Below are positions 12,952 through 25,469 of a stretch of 64,000 nt of DNA, piece by piece; position 1 is the stretch's first letter; each line of letters starts with the position of its first letter. Both the position numbers and the translations under genes were made by a program. The notes under the pieces are model-generated. The model saw only the letters and a list, made by a program, of their open reading frames with translations, searched no databases and was not told the DNA's origin. The stretch spans positions 61,380,001 through 61,444,000 of the forward strand of contig NC_043010.1 of assembly GCF_006345805.1 (NCBI RefSeq), written 5' to 3'. The DNA comes from Octopus sinensis (Eukaryota).

Positions 12952-13286
12952 CTATTTGCTCTGTCTCAAAGTACATGGGAAGACACTGGGGGAATTAGTC
13001 CAACCTGTGCCCCAGGTAGGGGACATGGCAGGGAAACCTCTGGCCCAGGAATAGCTGTTTTCCCAGTTCTGAAGGGTCTGGTGACTGCATGTCGACGGGA
13101 TACTCAATGGCTGCAGGATCAGGGTGGGTGGGTTTGGCTGCTGAACCCCAACACCACCACCACCACCACCACCACCACCGCCACCATTGTTGCTGCCCCT
13201 TCCCATGTTACTAGGGTTGGCGATGGGGGAGAGCTGTGAAGCATGCGGGGTGGAAGGTGGTGCCGGAGTTGGGTGTTGCTGTTGTT

Positions 13287-13338
<52 letters not shown>

Positions 13339-13357
13339 CTGTTGTTGTTGCTGCTGT

Positions 13358-13389
<32 letters not shown>

Positions 13390-14820
13390 TTGTTGTTGCT
13401 GCTGCTGTTGTTGTTGTTGTGGTTGTGGTGGTGGTGGTGGTGGCGGTGCTGGGGGTGGTGGTTGTTGCTGGGCCGTCGCTGCGGGTGGGATCTCTACCGG
13501 CTGAGATGAAGAATGCTCGCAATGGCCGCTGTTCTTTGTGGAACTCGCTCCTCGAGGAGTGTAGGTCTTCCTGTTGGTGTCTTGATTGGCCGCCAACGAC
13601 TTCTCACCAGACTCCTGCGATTCAGCATGGTGGTGGTGGTGGTGGTAATGGTGATGGTGGTGGTGGTGATTGCAGTAGTTTGGGTGTCGGTTTTGAATCT
13701 TTGGTTCATTGTTCCGTTTGGGAGTGACTTTGTGTGCGGAGCAGCAGGTCGGAACAACCGGCGATGCTGCTTTGCAGCTATGGACTAAACAGGTCGTAGC
13801 TGGAGCCGGCTGACAACATGGTGACGGTATCTTCTCACCTGTATGGGTTCGTTCATGAGTGTTCAGGTGAGCTCTTTGGCTAAATGATTTGTGACAGTAC
13901 ACACAGGTAAATGGCTTCTCCCCAGTATGAGTTCTTTGGTGATTGTTCAAATGGTCGCGCTGGCTGAACGCTTTCTTACACACGTGACACTTGAATGGTT
14001 TTTCGCCTGTGTGAATGCGTTCATGTGTGTTGAGGTGGGCTTTCTGGCTAAACGACTTAAAACACACGTCACAGTTGAATGGTTTCTCCCCAGTGTGAAT
14101 CCGCTCGTGGTTACGCAGGTAAGTTCTCTGACTAAACGTTTTGTTACAGATGTAACAGCTGAACGCCTTCTCCCCCGTATGGACCCTTTCGTGGTTCCTC
14201 AGATGCGCACGCTGACTGAACGCTTTCAAACAGAACGTGCAGCTGAAAGGTTTCTCCCCCGTGTGGACGCGTTGATGGTTACTCAAGTGGTCCCTTTGAG
14301 CAAACGCTTTGCAACACATGTGGCATCGATAGGGTTTTTCTCCCGAGTGGACCCTCTCGTGGACTTTCAGGTGGATCTTTTGGCTGAACGACTTCGGACA
14401 TGACTCACACTGGAATGGTTTCTCACCTGTATGGATGCGTTCGTGGCTCTTCAGGTGGGCCCGTTGACAAAATGCCTTGCAGCAGTACGCACAACTAAAA
14501 TGTTTGCCCCCAGCAAACGCTACTTCGTGATTGTTCAGATCCGCTCGTCTCGAGAAAGCCTTGCGACACGTGTTGCACTTGTACGGCTTCTCCCCATGTT
14601 TGTGATTATAATAAACCGGCTGCTCCTGCATGGCCACTGATTTCCGACTGCTGGAACCCTCCCTCGTTTCACTTGTCTCGTCACTGCTACCAGGAATGTT
14701 GCTGTTATTGTTATTACCATTATTGTTGCTGTTGTCATTGCTGTCTTGCAGATGGAGACCACAAGTATGATAGTTTGGTGGTGGCACCATTGTAGGATAT
14801 ATGGGTTGGTCGGAATACAT
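12952..14820 (-). CDS. C2H2 zinc-finger protein (ZNF-A), 622 aa: 1 degenerate + 8 canonical fingers, followed by polyH, polyP, polyQ(48) and polyG tracts
   Basis: Single uninterrupted ORF with repeated CxxC...HxxxH and TGEKP linkers (fingers at about 13843-14580). The ORF track starts at a TTG (14853); the first ATG (14820, context CACCATG) gives MYSDQ, matching the MYSVQ start of the paralog. Confidence 0.95.
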
Positions 14821-15148
14821 GGTGATCACCCGTTTGACAGGAAAACCTTCCAAAAGTCCTTTTTACTTCAGTTCCTCTACAAATATATCCCAATAAACTT
14901 TACAATTCTCATTAAATATTTTTTCTAAAATAAAATCTTTTTCTTTCTTTAAATTAATTTCCTCTTCTCTCTCTCTCTTTCTCTCTAATCAATTTATTGA
15001 TGACAAAGCTCACAGCTGACAAGATTTGGTAGATTCTCCTCAGAGGTGTTGTAGTTCTGGTGGTGGAGATGATGGTGGAACGTGCTCTTCAGCGTAACTT
15101 TATATCGATATAAACAGTTGGCAGGACAGCAGTAGAAGACAGCCATTT

Positions 15149-15170
15149 AGATGGAGATCTGAAACAGAGA
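15149..15170 (-). other. Putative splice acceptor opening the coding exon of ZNF-A
   Basis: Minus strand reads CTTCTCTGTTTCAG|ATCTCC about 340 nt upstream of the ATG. Confidence 0.45.
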
Positions 15171-15985
15171 AGGAGGCCATTAATATTCTAACAAAACACG
15201 AGCACATGTTGTTCACCCCACCGACCCATCACAAACAGCAAAGCATGAAACAAACACTTCAATCTGTATCAGTTGACATGAAACCAAGGCTAACTTTCTA
15301 ACCAGTTCTATGGCAGGAGCAAGGATGTACTACATGACTACATGAAACATATATATATATATTGTGCCGGTGACACGTTAAAACACCCACTGCACTCTCG
15401 AAGTGGTTGGCGTTAGGAAGGGCATCCAGCTGTAGAAACTCTGCCAGATCAGATTGGAACCTGGTGTAGCCATCTGGTTTGCCAGTCCTCAGTCAAATCG
15501 TCCAACCCATGCCAGTATGGAAAGCAGACGTTAAATGATGATGATGATGTATGTATATATATAATAGGTACAGGTGTAGCTGTGTGGTAAGAAGCTTGCT
15601 TCCCAGCTTCATGGTTTCAGGTTCAGTCCCACTGTGCAGCACCATGGGCAAGTGTCTTCCACTGTAGCCTCAGATCGGCCGAAGCCTTGAGTGGATCTGG
15701 TAGACAAAAACTGAAAGGAGTTCATCATATACTATATATATATATGTGTGCGTGTGTGTGTATTTTCTGTGTCTTTGTGTCAGTGTTTGTCCCCCACCAC
15801 CACTCAATGACTGATGTTGGTGTGTTTACATCCCTATAACTTAACAGTTTCATAAAAGAGACTAACAGAACAAGTACCATTTTTTGAAAAAACAAGTACT
15901 GGGGTGGTTCAATCAACTTAAAATTCTTCAAGGTGATGCCCCAGCATGGCCACAGTCTAAAGACATACAAGAAAAAAGACAAAAG

Positions 15986-16026
<41 letters not shown>

Positions 16027-16319
16027 TACACATAATACCTTGAATATTGTGTGGACGGAAATCTCAGGTATAATTGTAGTCACTTAATTTAAGTCTACTA
16101 ATTTAGATAGTCAAAGGTTGTGATATCACCTGGATGTAATGGTTGACACAGCTTCACAGCTTCCGGCAGAGGTGACACTCAAATCTCACAGGCAGTGCTA
16201 CAGCCTCTTCCAATCTTTTTCTATATAAGATGTGTGTGAGGTGTGTTAGTGGATTGATGGATAAATAGACAGACAAACAGATAGAGATATAGTTGTCAGG
16301 GTGAGGAGTCAGTAGAAAC

Positions 16320-16420
16320 CAGGGCTGTGGAGTCGAAACAAAAAACTTCAACTCCAACTCCTGTACTACTGCCGCCTCTACAACTCCGATTCCGACTGAC
16401 TCCTCTTTATGTAATCAAGT
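16320..16420 (+). mobile_element. Possible hAT-type MITE end
   Basis: CAGGGCTGTGGAGTCG terminus followed by CTCCAACTCC/CTCCGATTCCGACT words; no second end located. Confidence 0.3.
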
Positions 16421-17001
16421 GACTGTTGGTGACCAGGTTCCAATTTTACAAAGGAAGTGTTAACATGTCATGAAATAAATCCAAAGTGGACAGTTGCTTT
16501 GGAATCAAATGGTTACAATGGCCAACCATTCCAAAATGCAACTGAAATAAAAATCATATTGCAAACTATTAAAAAGTTTATCCCTGGAAACTTAATGAAC
16601 AAAACACTACATCTGTAGAATAATGATTAACTGAAAAAGATATATCACATTTGATGGCCTATAAGATGCACCTTTTTAACCCCAAAATGCCATTTAAAAC
16701 CCCTCTGCATCCAATGCATTCAATGTGGGCTCAAAATGGTATGTATGTTTACAAAACGTGTCCTGCCATCTATTGATGAACAATTGCCTGCAGAATGTTT
16801 ATATCGAATATGGATGCAATAAATTGCTTATAATTACCTGTAATAACATAAAGATATACAGGTAAGTGGAGGAATTAAAACATTATTTTAGTAGTAATTT
16901 ATTTTACTAAAGTATAACCGGGACTAGAATGGGTCCTATGCACTCGTGCATCTTGTAGGCCATCAAAACATGGTAAATACAAAATTTACTAATATACTGT
17001 A

Positions 17002-17193
17002 CAAGTATGGTTGTCTGGTTATACACAGGTATGGCTGTGTAGTTATAAACAGGTATGATTGTGTATTTATATGCAAGTATGATTGTGTAGTTGTATGCAA
17101 ATATAGCTATGTGGTTATACACAGGTTCGACTGTGTAGTTGTATGCAGGTATGGCTGTTTAGTAATACACAAGTATGGCTATGTGCATATAAA
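17002..17193 (+). repeat. 8 x 24-bp degenerate tandem repeat at the head of a SINE-A remnant
   Basis: Consensus CAGGTATGGCTGTGTAGTTATACA in exact 24-bp register. Confidence 0.85.
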
Positions 17194-17475
17194 GAGGTAA
17201 AGCTGTTGTTAGGAAGAAGTTCGCTTCAGCCCCTGGTGGTGTCAGATTCAGTCCTGCTACATGACACCTTGGGAACCTTTGGGTATGAATTTCCAGCCCC
17301 AATCCATTTAACCCACACAATCACATTGGTATGCATACATGTGAATATACACACACACACACACAAAACCACTTGACTCATATACACATACAAATATGCA
17401 CACACGCACCTAAAAGTAACATAAAAACACATGACTATCTCTGGACATATACACCACACTAACACATACATGGCT

Positions 17476-17890
17476 CTTGGTCTCAAGCATTTGTCTTATG
17501 AAGAAAGGCTGAAGACGCTCGACCTTTATTCTCTAGAAAAACGACGACAATGTGGTGATCTCATTCTTGCTCACAACATCATAAGCGGAAGTGTAACCTC
17601 TCGAAAGAGCTGTTCTTCACTCCTGCTCCAGAGCGTCGGCTGCGGGGTCACTCCGAAAAGCTCTATCTGCGACGATTTCACCTCAATCGAAGGAGAGGGG
17701 CTTTCTCCGCCCGGGTTGCGGATCCATGGAATAAGCTGCCGTACGAGATAGTGAAGATGCCGACGACCACACGGTTCAAAGTCTCTCTTGACCACAAGTG
17801 GCTTGAACTCTTTACTTGAACACCACCCTGTACATAACTTCATGTCCCCCTACATGGCCTTGCTTTTTGCTTTTTGAGCCAAAAAATTAA
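17476..17890 (+). mobile_element. 3' end of a CR1/L2-group LINE
   Basis: LGLKHLSYEERLKTLDLYSLEKRRQCGDLILAHNII, then RGHSEKL...RVADPWNKLP in a shifted frame, ending in an A-rich tail. Confidence 0.85.
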
Positions 17891-18524
17891 TTAACATGCA
17901 CATTTGACACGCCAGCACAATAAGTGAAATACACACACACACATGCATGCATATGCAAACACACGTACATTCAACTGATTAATACCCCCAGCAATTGACA
18001 TACTTTAGCATTCTGCATACATAAACGCACCCTCATATACATACAGCACACACACACAACAAGACACTCACCTGACTGATATTGACAAATACTCCACACA
18101 CCCACATACATATAGCATGCATACACAACAACAATCACAGTTGCACACTCACATGCACACACCTCCACAGCCACACAATATCATATAAACAACACACACA
18201 CATATATACACACCACATGAGTTGTCCCCTACCCAACCCTCTTCACCATTCATCCAAATCTGTCCCTTTCCCTGCTGACTCAAATGTTACCCTTTGTTAG
18301 GTTTATTTCAATGTTTCTTGATTCCGGGTTGCGTTATGATAGTCTGGAGGACTCTGATACACAGAAGAGGGATCAGAACTGAGCCCTGATGAACTCCTAA
18401 CTCACACACTGAATTCTCGGAACTTACTGAGAGCATCTTCCTTGTCGATGGTGTCTCCTTGCATTACCTGTGCAGCACTCACAAACTATCAATCTGTTCC
18501 AAAACATGCTTTTGTACACTTATG

Positions 18525-18925
18525 GCGTAGGAGTGGCTGTGTGGTAAGTAGCTTGCTTACCAACCACATGGTTCCGGGTTCAGTCCCACTGCGTGGCACC
18601 TTGGGCAAGTGTCTTCTACTATAGCCTCGGGATGACCAAAGCCTTGTGAGTGGATTTGGTAAACGGAAACTGAAAGAAGCCCGTCGATATATGTGTGTGT
18701 GTGTGTGTGTATGTGTGTGCGCGTGTGTGTGTATTTGTCCCCCTAACATTGCTTGACAACTGATGCTGGTGTGTTTACGTCCCCGTAACCTAGCAGTTCG
18801 GCAAAAGAGTCTGATAAAATAAGTACTAGGCTTCCAAAGAATAAGTCCTGGGGTTGATTTGCTTGACTAAAGGTGGTGTTCCAGCATGGCCACAGTCAAA
18901 TGACTGAAACAAGTAAAAGAGTAGT
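18525..18925 (+). mobile_element. tRNA-derived SINE family A; other copies at about 15575-15985, 26576-27015, 11330-11440 (-), 50860-51130, 52560-52740 (-) and 59640-59760 (-)
   Basis: A/B-box head GTGGCTGTGTGGTAAG...GGTTCAGTCCC, central (TG)n tract, 3' CAGCATGGCC...ATGACTGAAACAAGTAAAAGA; several colinear copies. Confidence 0.85.
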
Positions 18926-18930
18926 AAATA

Positions 18931-19160
18931 TATGGCTCAGTGGTTAAGGTGTTGCAATCACGATTGTAAGATCATGGGTTCAATTCCCGTACCGGGCGTT
19001 GCGTTGTGTTCTTGAACAAAGAACATCATTTCATGTTGCTCTGCGATCATTTCAGCATCTGACATGTGGCACATGGTGCACCTGTGCAGGTAATGTCGAT
19101 CTGAGGGAGGGACTGAGCTTATGTGGACACAAACATTTGATCCCTATAAACAAATCAGGA
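18931..19160 (+). mobile_element. tRNA-derived SINE family F; headless copy at about 10182-10350
   Basis: TGGCTCAGTGG...GGTTCAATTCCC head; body ATGTGGCACATGGTGCACCTGT.CAGGTAATGT.GATCTGAGGGAGGGACTGAGCTTATGTGGACACAAAC shared by both copies. Confidence 0.75.
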
Positions 19161-19448
19161 CCTAGTTAAATTGATTCACAAAATCAGCCCCTTTTAATTT
19201 GGCTCAGATTGCTTTTAACCTTCGTATATCAATGCAACTCTGAATTTCGATTACAATCAACCAATTACTTTATGTCGTATTTACTTTATCTCGTTAAGAA
19301 TCTGATGTCATTTGGGAGAAATATTCGTCAAATGTAAATAATGTACATAATTCCTCCTCTTTTAAATATAAAACTGTATTATCTGTGTGGTTGTTTGATA
19401 AGAAATTGTTGAACTCTCATACGTTGTCTAACAATGGGAAAGTCCATC

Positions 19449-19737
19449 ATATATATATATATACATACATACATATACATGTATACACATATACATACAT
19501 ATATATATATATACACATATACATATATATACATATACACATATACATATATATATATACACATATATATACATACACATATACATATATATATATACAT
19601 ACACATATACATATATATACATACACATATACATATATATACATACACATATACATATATATACATATACACATATACATATATATATATACACATATAT
19701 ATACATACACATATACATATATATATATACATACACA
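19449..19737. repeat. Compound TA/CA microsatellite
   Basis: Repeating ATACACATATACATATATAT units. Confidence 0.95.
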
Positions 19738-20391
19738 TAAGGAAAAGGGGCAGGCAAACAGGTTGCTTGACCGCATACCGAAAAATAGAAATAGCAGTCA
19801 AGAATGCTTATTTCTATCAAAGTTGGACTCCGGGCATGACAAACCCTGTAATTCACATATGCAAAACAGAAGGAATAGATAACGAATACGAAGTCTGGCG
19901 GTTATCTGTGAACATCATGTTTCTGGATTATAAACATATTGAATATATATTCCATATATATTTTTGATATATATTTCATATATATTGCATATATATTTCA
20001 CATCCTTCTTCAGCACAGCTTTCCATTGAAAAAGATTTATCATAGATTTATCAAATGCTACGTACCTCAAACCTTCTGACCATGCGACATCAAAATATTT
20101 GAAGAAAGTGAGCAAAAGCTAAACCTACATAGACGTTTGAATTCGTAAATCTTCCCTCCAAAATTTTGCCATGCGCATTACAAAAATAGTTCCATAAGAT
20201 GGGGAACAATTAGGTTGTCATAAGGGAGCGAAAAATCCAAATAGTAATATAATAATAAGAGTAAATAATTTGTGAATTACAGGGTTTGTCATGCCCGGAG
20301 TCCAACTTTGATAGCAATAAGCATTCTTGACTGCTATTTCTATTTTTTCGGTATGCGGTCAAGCAACCTGTTTGCCTGCCCCTTTTTCTTA
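19738..20391. repeat. About 120-bp near-identical inverted repeat (19738-19858 and 20271-20391)
   Basis: AAGGAAAAGGGGCAGGCAAACAGGTTGCTTGACCGCATACCG...ACAAACCCTGTAATTCACA and its reverse complement. Confidence 0.85.
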
Positions 20392-20521
20392 TATACAATA
20401 TATATACTGAACTTTACAGAAGTTCCTGCCGGTAAACGGCTATATTTACATACCGAATTCTACCAGTAAATAATTGGGGTTTTTTTAAAAGCCTTTATAG
20501 AAATTATTTACTCTTATTATT

Positions 20522-21502
20522 ATATACATACACATATATATATATACATACACATATATATACATACACATATACATATATATATATACATACACATATA
20601 CATATATATATATATACATACACATATATATACATACACATATACATATATATATATATACATACACATATATATACATACACATATACATATATATATA
20701 TACATACACATATATATACATACACATATACATACATACACATATACATATATATATATATACATACACATATATATACATACACATATACATATATATA
20801 TGTGTATATATATATGTATGTATGTGTATATATGTATGTGTATATACATATATACATACATATACATATATACACATACATACATATATATACATATATA
20901 CATATACATACATATACATATATATATGTGTATATATATATGTATGTATGTGTATATACATATATACATACATATACGTATATACACATACATACATATA
21001 TATACGTATATACACATACATACATATATATACATATACATACATACATATATATACATATACATACATATACACATATATATATACATATATATACATA
21101 CATATACACATATATATATACATATATATACATACATATACACATATATATATACATATATATATACATATATATACATATATACATATACATATATATA
21201 CATATATACATATACATTATATATACATATATATAATATATACTATACATATATATTATATATAATACACACATATATATTATATACATATATATACATA
21301 TATACATACATATATTATATATATATATACACACATATATATATACATATATATACATATATACATATACATATATACATATATATATACATACATTATT
21401 ATATATATACATATATATATACATATATATATACATATATATATATATAATCATATATATACATAATATATATACATATATATATACATATATATATATA
21501 TC

Positions 21503-21536
<34 letters not shown>

Positions 21537-21974
21537 TATAACATTATAGATATATACATATATATATATATACATATATATATATACATATATATACATA
21601 TATATATACATATATATATAATACATTATATATATATATACATATATATATACATATATACATATATATATACATATATAATATATACATATATATATAC
21701 ATATATACATATATATATACATATATATATATATACATATATATATCATATATATATACATATATATTATACATATATATATATATACATATATATATAC
21801 ATATATACATATATATATACATATATATATATATACATATATATATATACATATATACATATATATATATATACATATATATATATACTACTATATATAC
21901 ATATATACATATATATATATACATTATATATATATATACATATATATATATATAACATATATATATATACATAT

Positions 21975-22006
<32 letters not shown>

Positions 22007-22098
22007 CAATATATATACATATATACATATATATATATATACATATATATATATACACATATATATATTATATATTATATATATTACATATACATAAC

Positions 22099-22129
<31 letters not shown>

Positions 22130-22311
22130 CATACATATATATATATACATACATATACATATACATATATATATATACATACATATACTATACATATATA
22201 TATATACATACATATACATATACATAATATAATACATACATATATATATACCTATATAGATACATATATATATACATATATATATTACATAATATATACA
22301 TATATATATAC

Positions 22312-22342
<31 letters not shown>

Positions 22343-22594
22343 CATACATATATACATATACATATACATATTATATATACATATACATATATATATATAC
22401 ATATACATATATACATATACATATATATAATACACATATATATATATACATATATTATATATATACATATACATATATATATACAATACATATACATATA
22501 TATATACATATACATATACATATATATACATAACATATATATACATATAACATATACATATACATATACATATAATATCATATACTATATATAT

Positions 22595-22627
<33 letters not shown>

Positions 22628-23443
22628 ATATACATATACATATACATATATACACATATATATACATATATACACATATATATACATACATATATATATA
22701 CATATATATATATACACATTATACATATACATATATACAATATATATACATATATATATATATACTATATATATATACACATAATATAATACATAACATA
22801 TATATACATATATATATATACACATATATATATATTACATATACATATATACACATATATATATATACAATACATATACACATATTATATATACATATAC
22901 ATATATATATATACACATATATATATACACACATATATATATATAATATAATATATATATATACATATATACATACATATATACATATATATACATATAT
23001 ATATACATATATATATATATATACATACATATATACATATATATACATATATACATATATATATATACATACATATATAATATATACATATACATTATAT
23101 ATATACATACATACATATATATATACATACATACATATATATATACATATATACATATATACATACATACATACATACATACATACATACATTTATATAT
23201 ATACATATACATACATACATATATATATCATACATATATATACATAATACATACAATATACATACATACATACATATATATACATACATACATATATAAT
23301 ATATATACATAATACATATATATATACATACATACATATATATATATATACATACATATATACATACATAATATATATATACATACATACATATATATAT
23401 ACATACATACATACATATATACATACATACATATATACATACA

Positions 23444-23479
<36 letters not shown>

Positions 23480-24026
23480 CATACATATATATACATACAT
23501 ACATATACATACATACATACATACATATACATACATACATATATATATATACATACATACATATATATATACATACATACATACATATATATATACATAC
23601 ATACATATATATATACATACATACATACATATATACATACATACATATATATATATATATACATACATACATATATATATACATACATACATATATATAT
23701 ACATACATACATATATACATACATACATATATATATACATACATACATACATACACACATACATACACATACATATATATATACACATACATATATACAC
23801 ATACATACATATATATATACACATACATATATACACATACATACATATATATATACACATACATATATACACATACATACATACATACACATACATACAT
23901 ATATACACATACATACATACATATATACACATACATACATACATATATACACATACATACATATATACACATACATACATACATATATACACATACATAC
24001 ATATATACACATACATACATATATAC

Positions 24027-24057
<31 letters not shown>

Positions 24058-24086
24058 CATATACACACACACATACATACATACAA
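20522..24086. repeat. About 3.5-kb compound (TA)n/(TACA)n/(TATAC)n satellite
   Basis: Almost exclusively A, T and C on the plus strand, with changing subunits along its length. Confidence 0.97.
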
Positions 24087-24944
24087 GAAGCCCTATATAA
24101 CTATATAATACAAAATACTTTCAGCATGAATTGGGTACACTTTATTGTGCCATACCCTCCGCCCCCTCCCCGACACACACATATAAGGGTGCATATACAA
24201 GCATGGCTGTATGGCTATCATCAAGTGTGCTTTGCCACCAAATTGGCTCCAGATTTGGTCCCACTGAAAGGCATCTCAAGGAAATATTTTTTGCTAATAA
24301 CTTCGGAGTGGCCAATGCTTTCTGGCAGACAAAAGCTGTCAGGAAACCTACTGTGTATGTGTGCGCACGCACATATATATATTATTCTCTCTCTGTCTAT
24401 TTCCTGTGTTCCTTTCTGCTGAAGAGCATAGGCTCGAAGTGTAAAAGACTTTCTCACCTTCCCGAGCATTAAACTAATACACCCATTTGTTGTTTATACA
24501 CCTGTCATCATCTTTTGCTTTTCTGTAACTTTCAACTATATATATGAGAGGTATTGGTATCCAGAAGACCCAAGATGGCAGAGAAAAAGACAGATTTGTA
24601 TGAATGGCAAAGAGAATGAGGTGGGGGACAACTCATATAGTGTGTGTGTATATATATATATATATATGTATGTGTTGTTTATATATTGTGGAACTGCAAC
24701 TGTGACATCCTACATATATTTTTACTTTTATTTTTATTCTTTTATTTCCCTTTATACTTCCTATATCCATTCCTTTTCCAAAATAACTCCTTTATATTGA
24801 ACTTTACTATTTCCCTCCAGGGATATCCCTAATATCCCAGAAACAGCTGTAAGACTACCTTTCTCTTTCTCTATATAAATGTCCTATAAATTCCACACAG
24901 CCCTGGCTTTGTTGTCCCATTTTATTTAACACACACACACACAC

Positions 24945-25433
24945 ACACGTAGAGATTATAAAGAAACAGTCAGAATCTTGGATAATCCTATATTAGTGCT
25001 TTCAACTCATTCATATCTTATTCTCAGTTTTACAGAAAATTTCTTGTCCTAAAAGAGGACTTTTTGTTTTGTTATATATATGTGTGTGTGTATATAGAGA
25101 AAGAGGAGAAAAGGGAGGAGAGAGAGGCAGAAAGAAAGAAAGAAACAGACAAAACATTTGGGGATGATCTGTGATTTGTAGCTTTTTCACAGGTGGCTGA
25201 TGACATTTCAAGATGTCAATTTTTGTCTTTGAAAGAAAGGGAGAAAGAAAGAAAGACAAGACAAGAAAAGAAAAAAAGAGAGACAGAGAGAAAAGGGCTT
25301 CTTTTCAAGTGCATTGCATCAATGTGGTCAGCCTGTTGAAGTTTTAATTAGAATTCAAGATGTCAGCATTGATTTAGTTATTGTTTTTGAAAGCATCTCT
25401 GAGTGTGTGTTATATACACATATGCAATGTGTG

Positions 25434-25469
<36 letters not shown>

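Noticed and set aside
13187-13788. Plus-strand polyC/polyL/polyV ORFs overlapping ZNF-A
   Set aside because: Antisense shadows of the CAA/CAG, CAC and CCA repeat tracts; no independent coding evidence.
14821-14853. N-terminal extension MEGFPVKRVIT of ZNF-A in the ORF track
   Set aside because: It starts at TTG; the ATG at 14820 has a good context and matches the paralog start.
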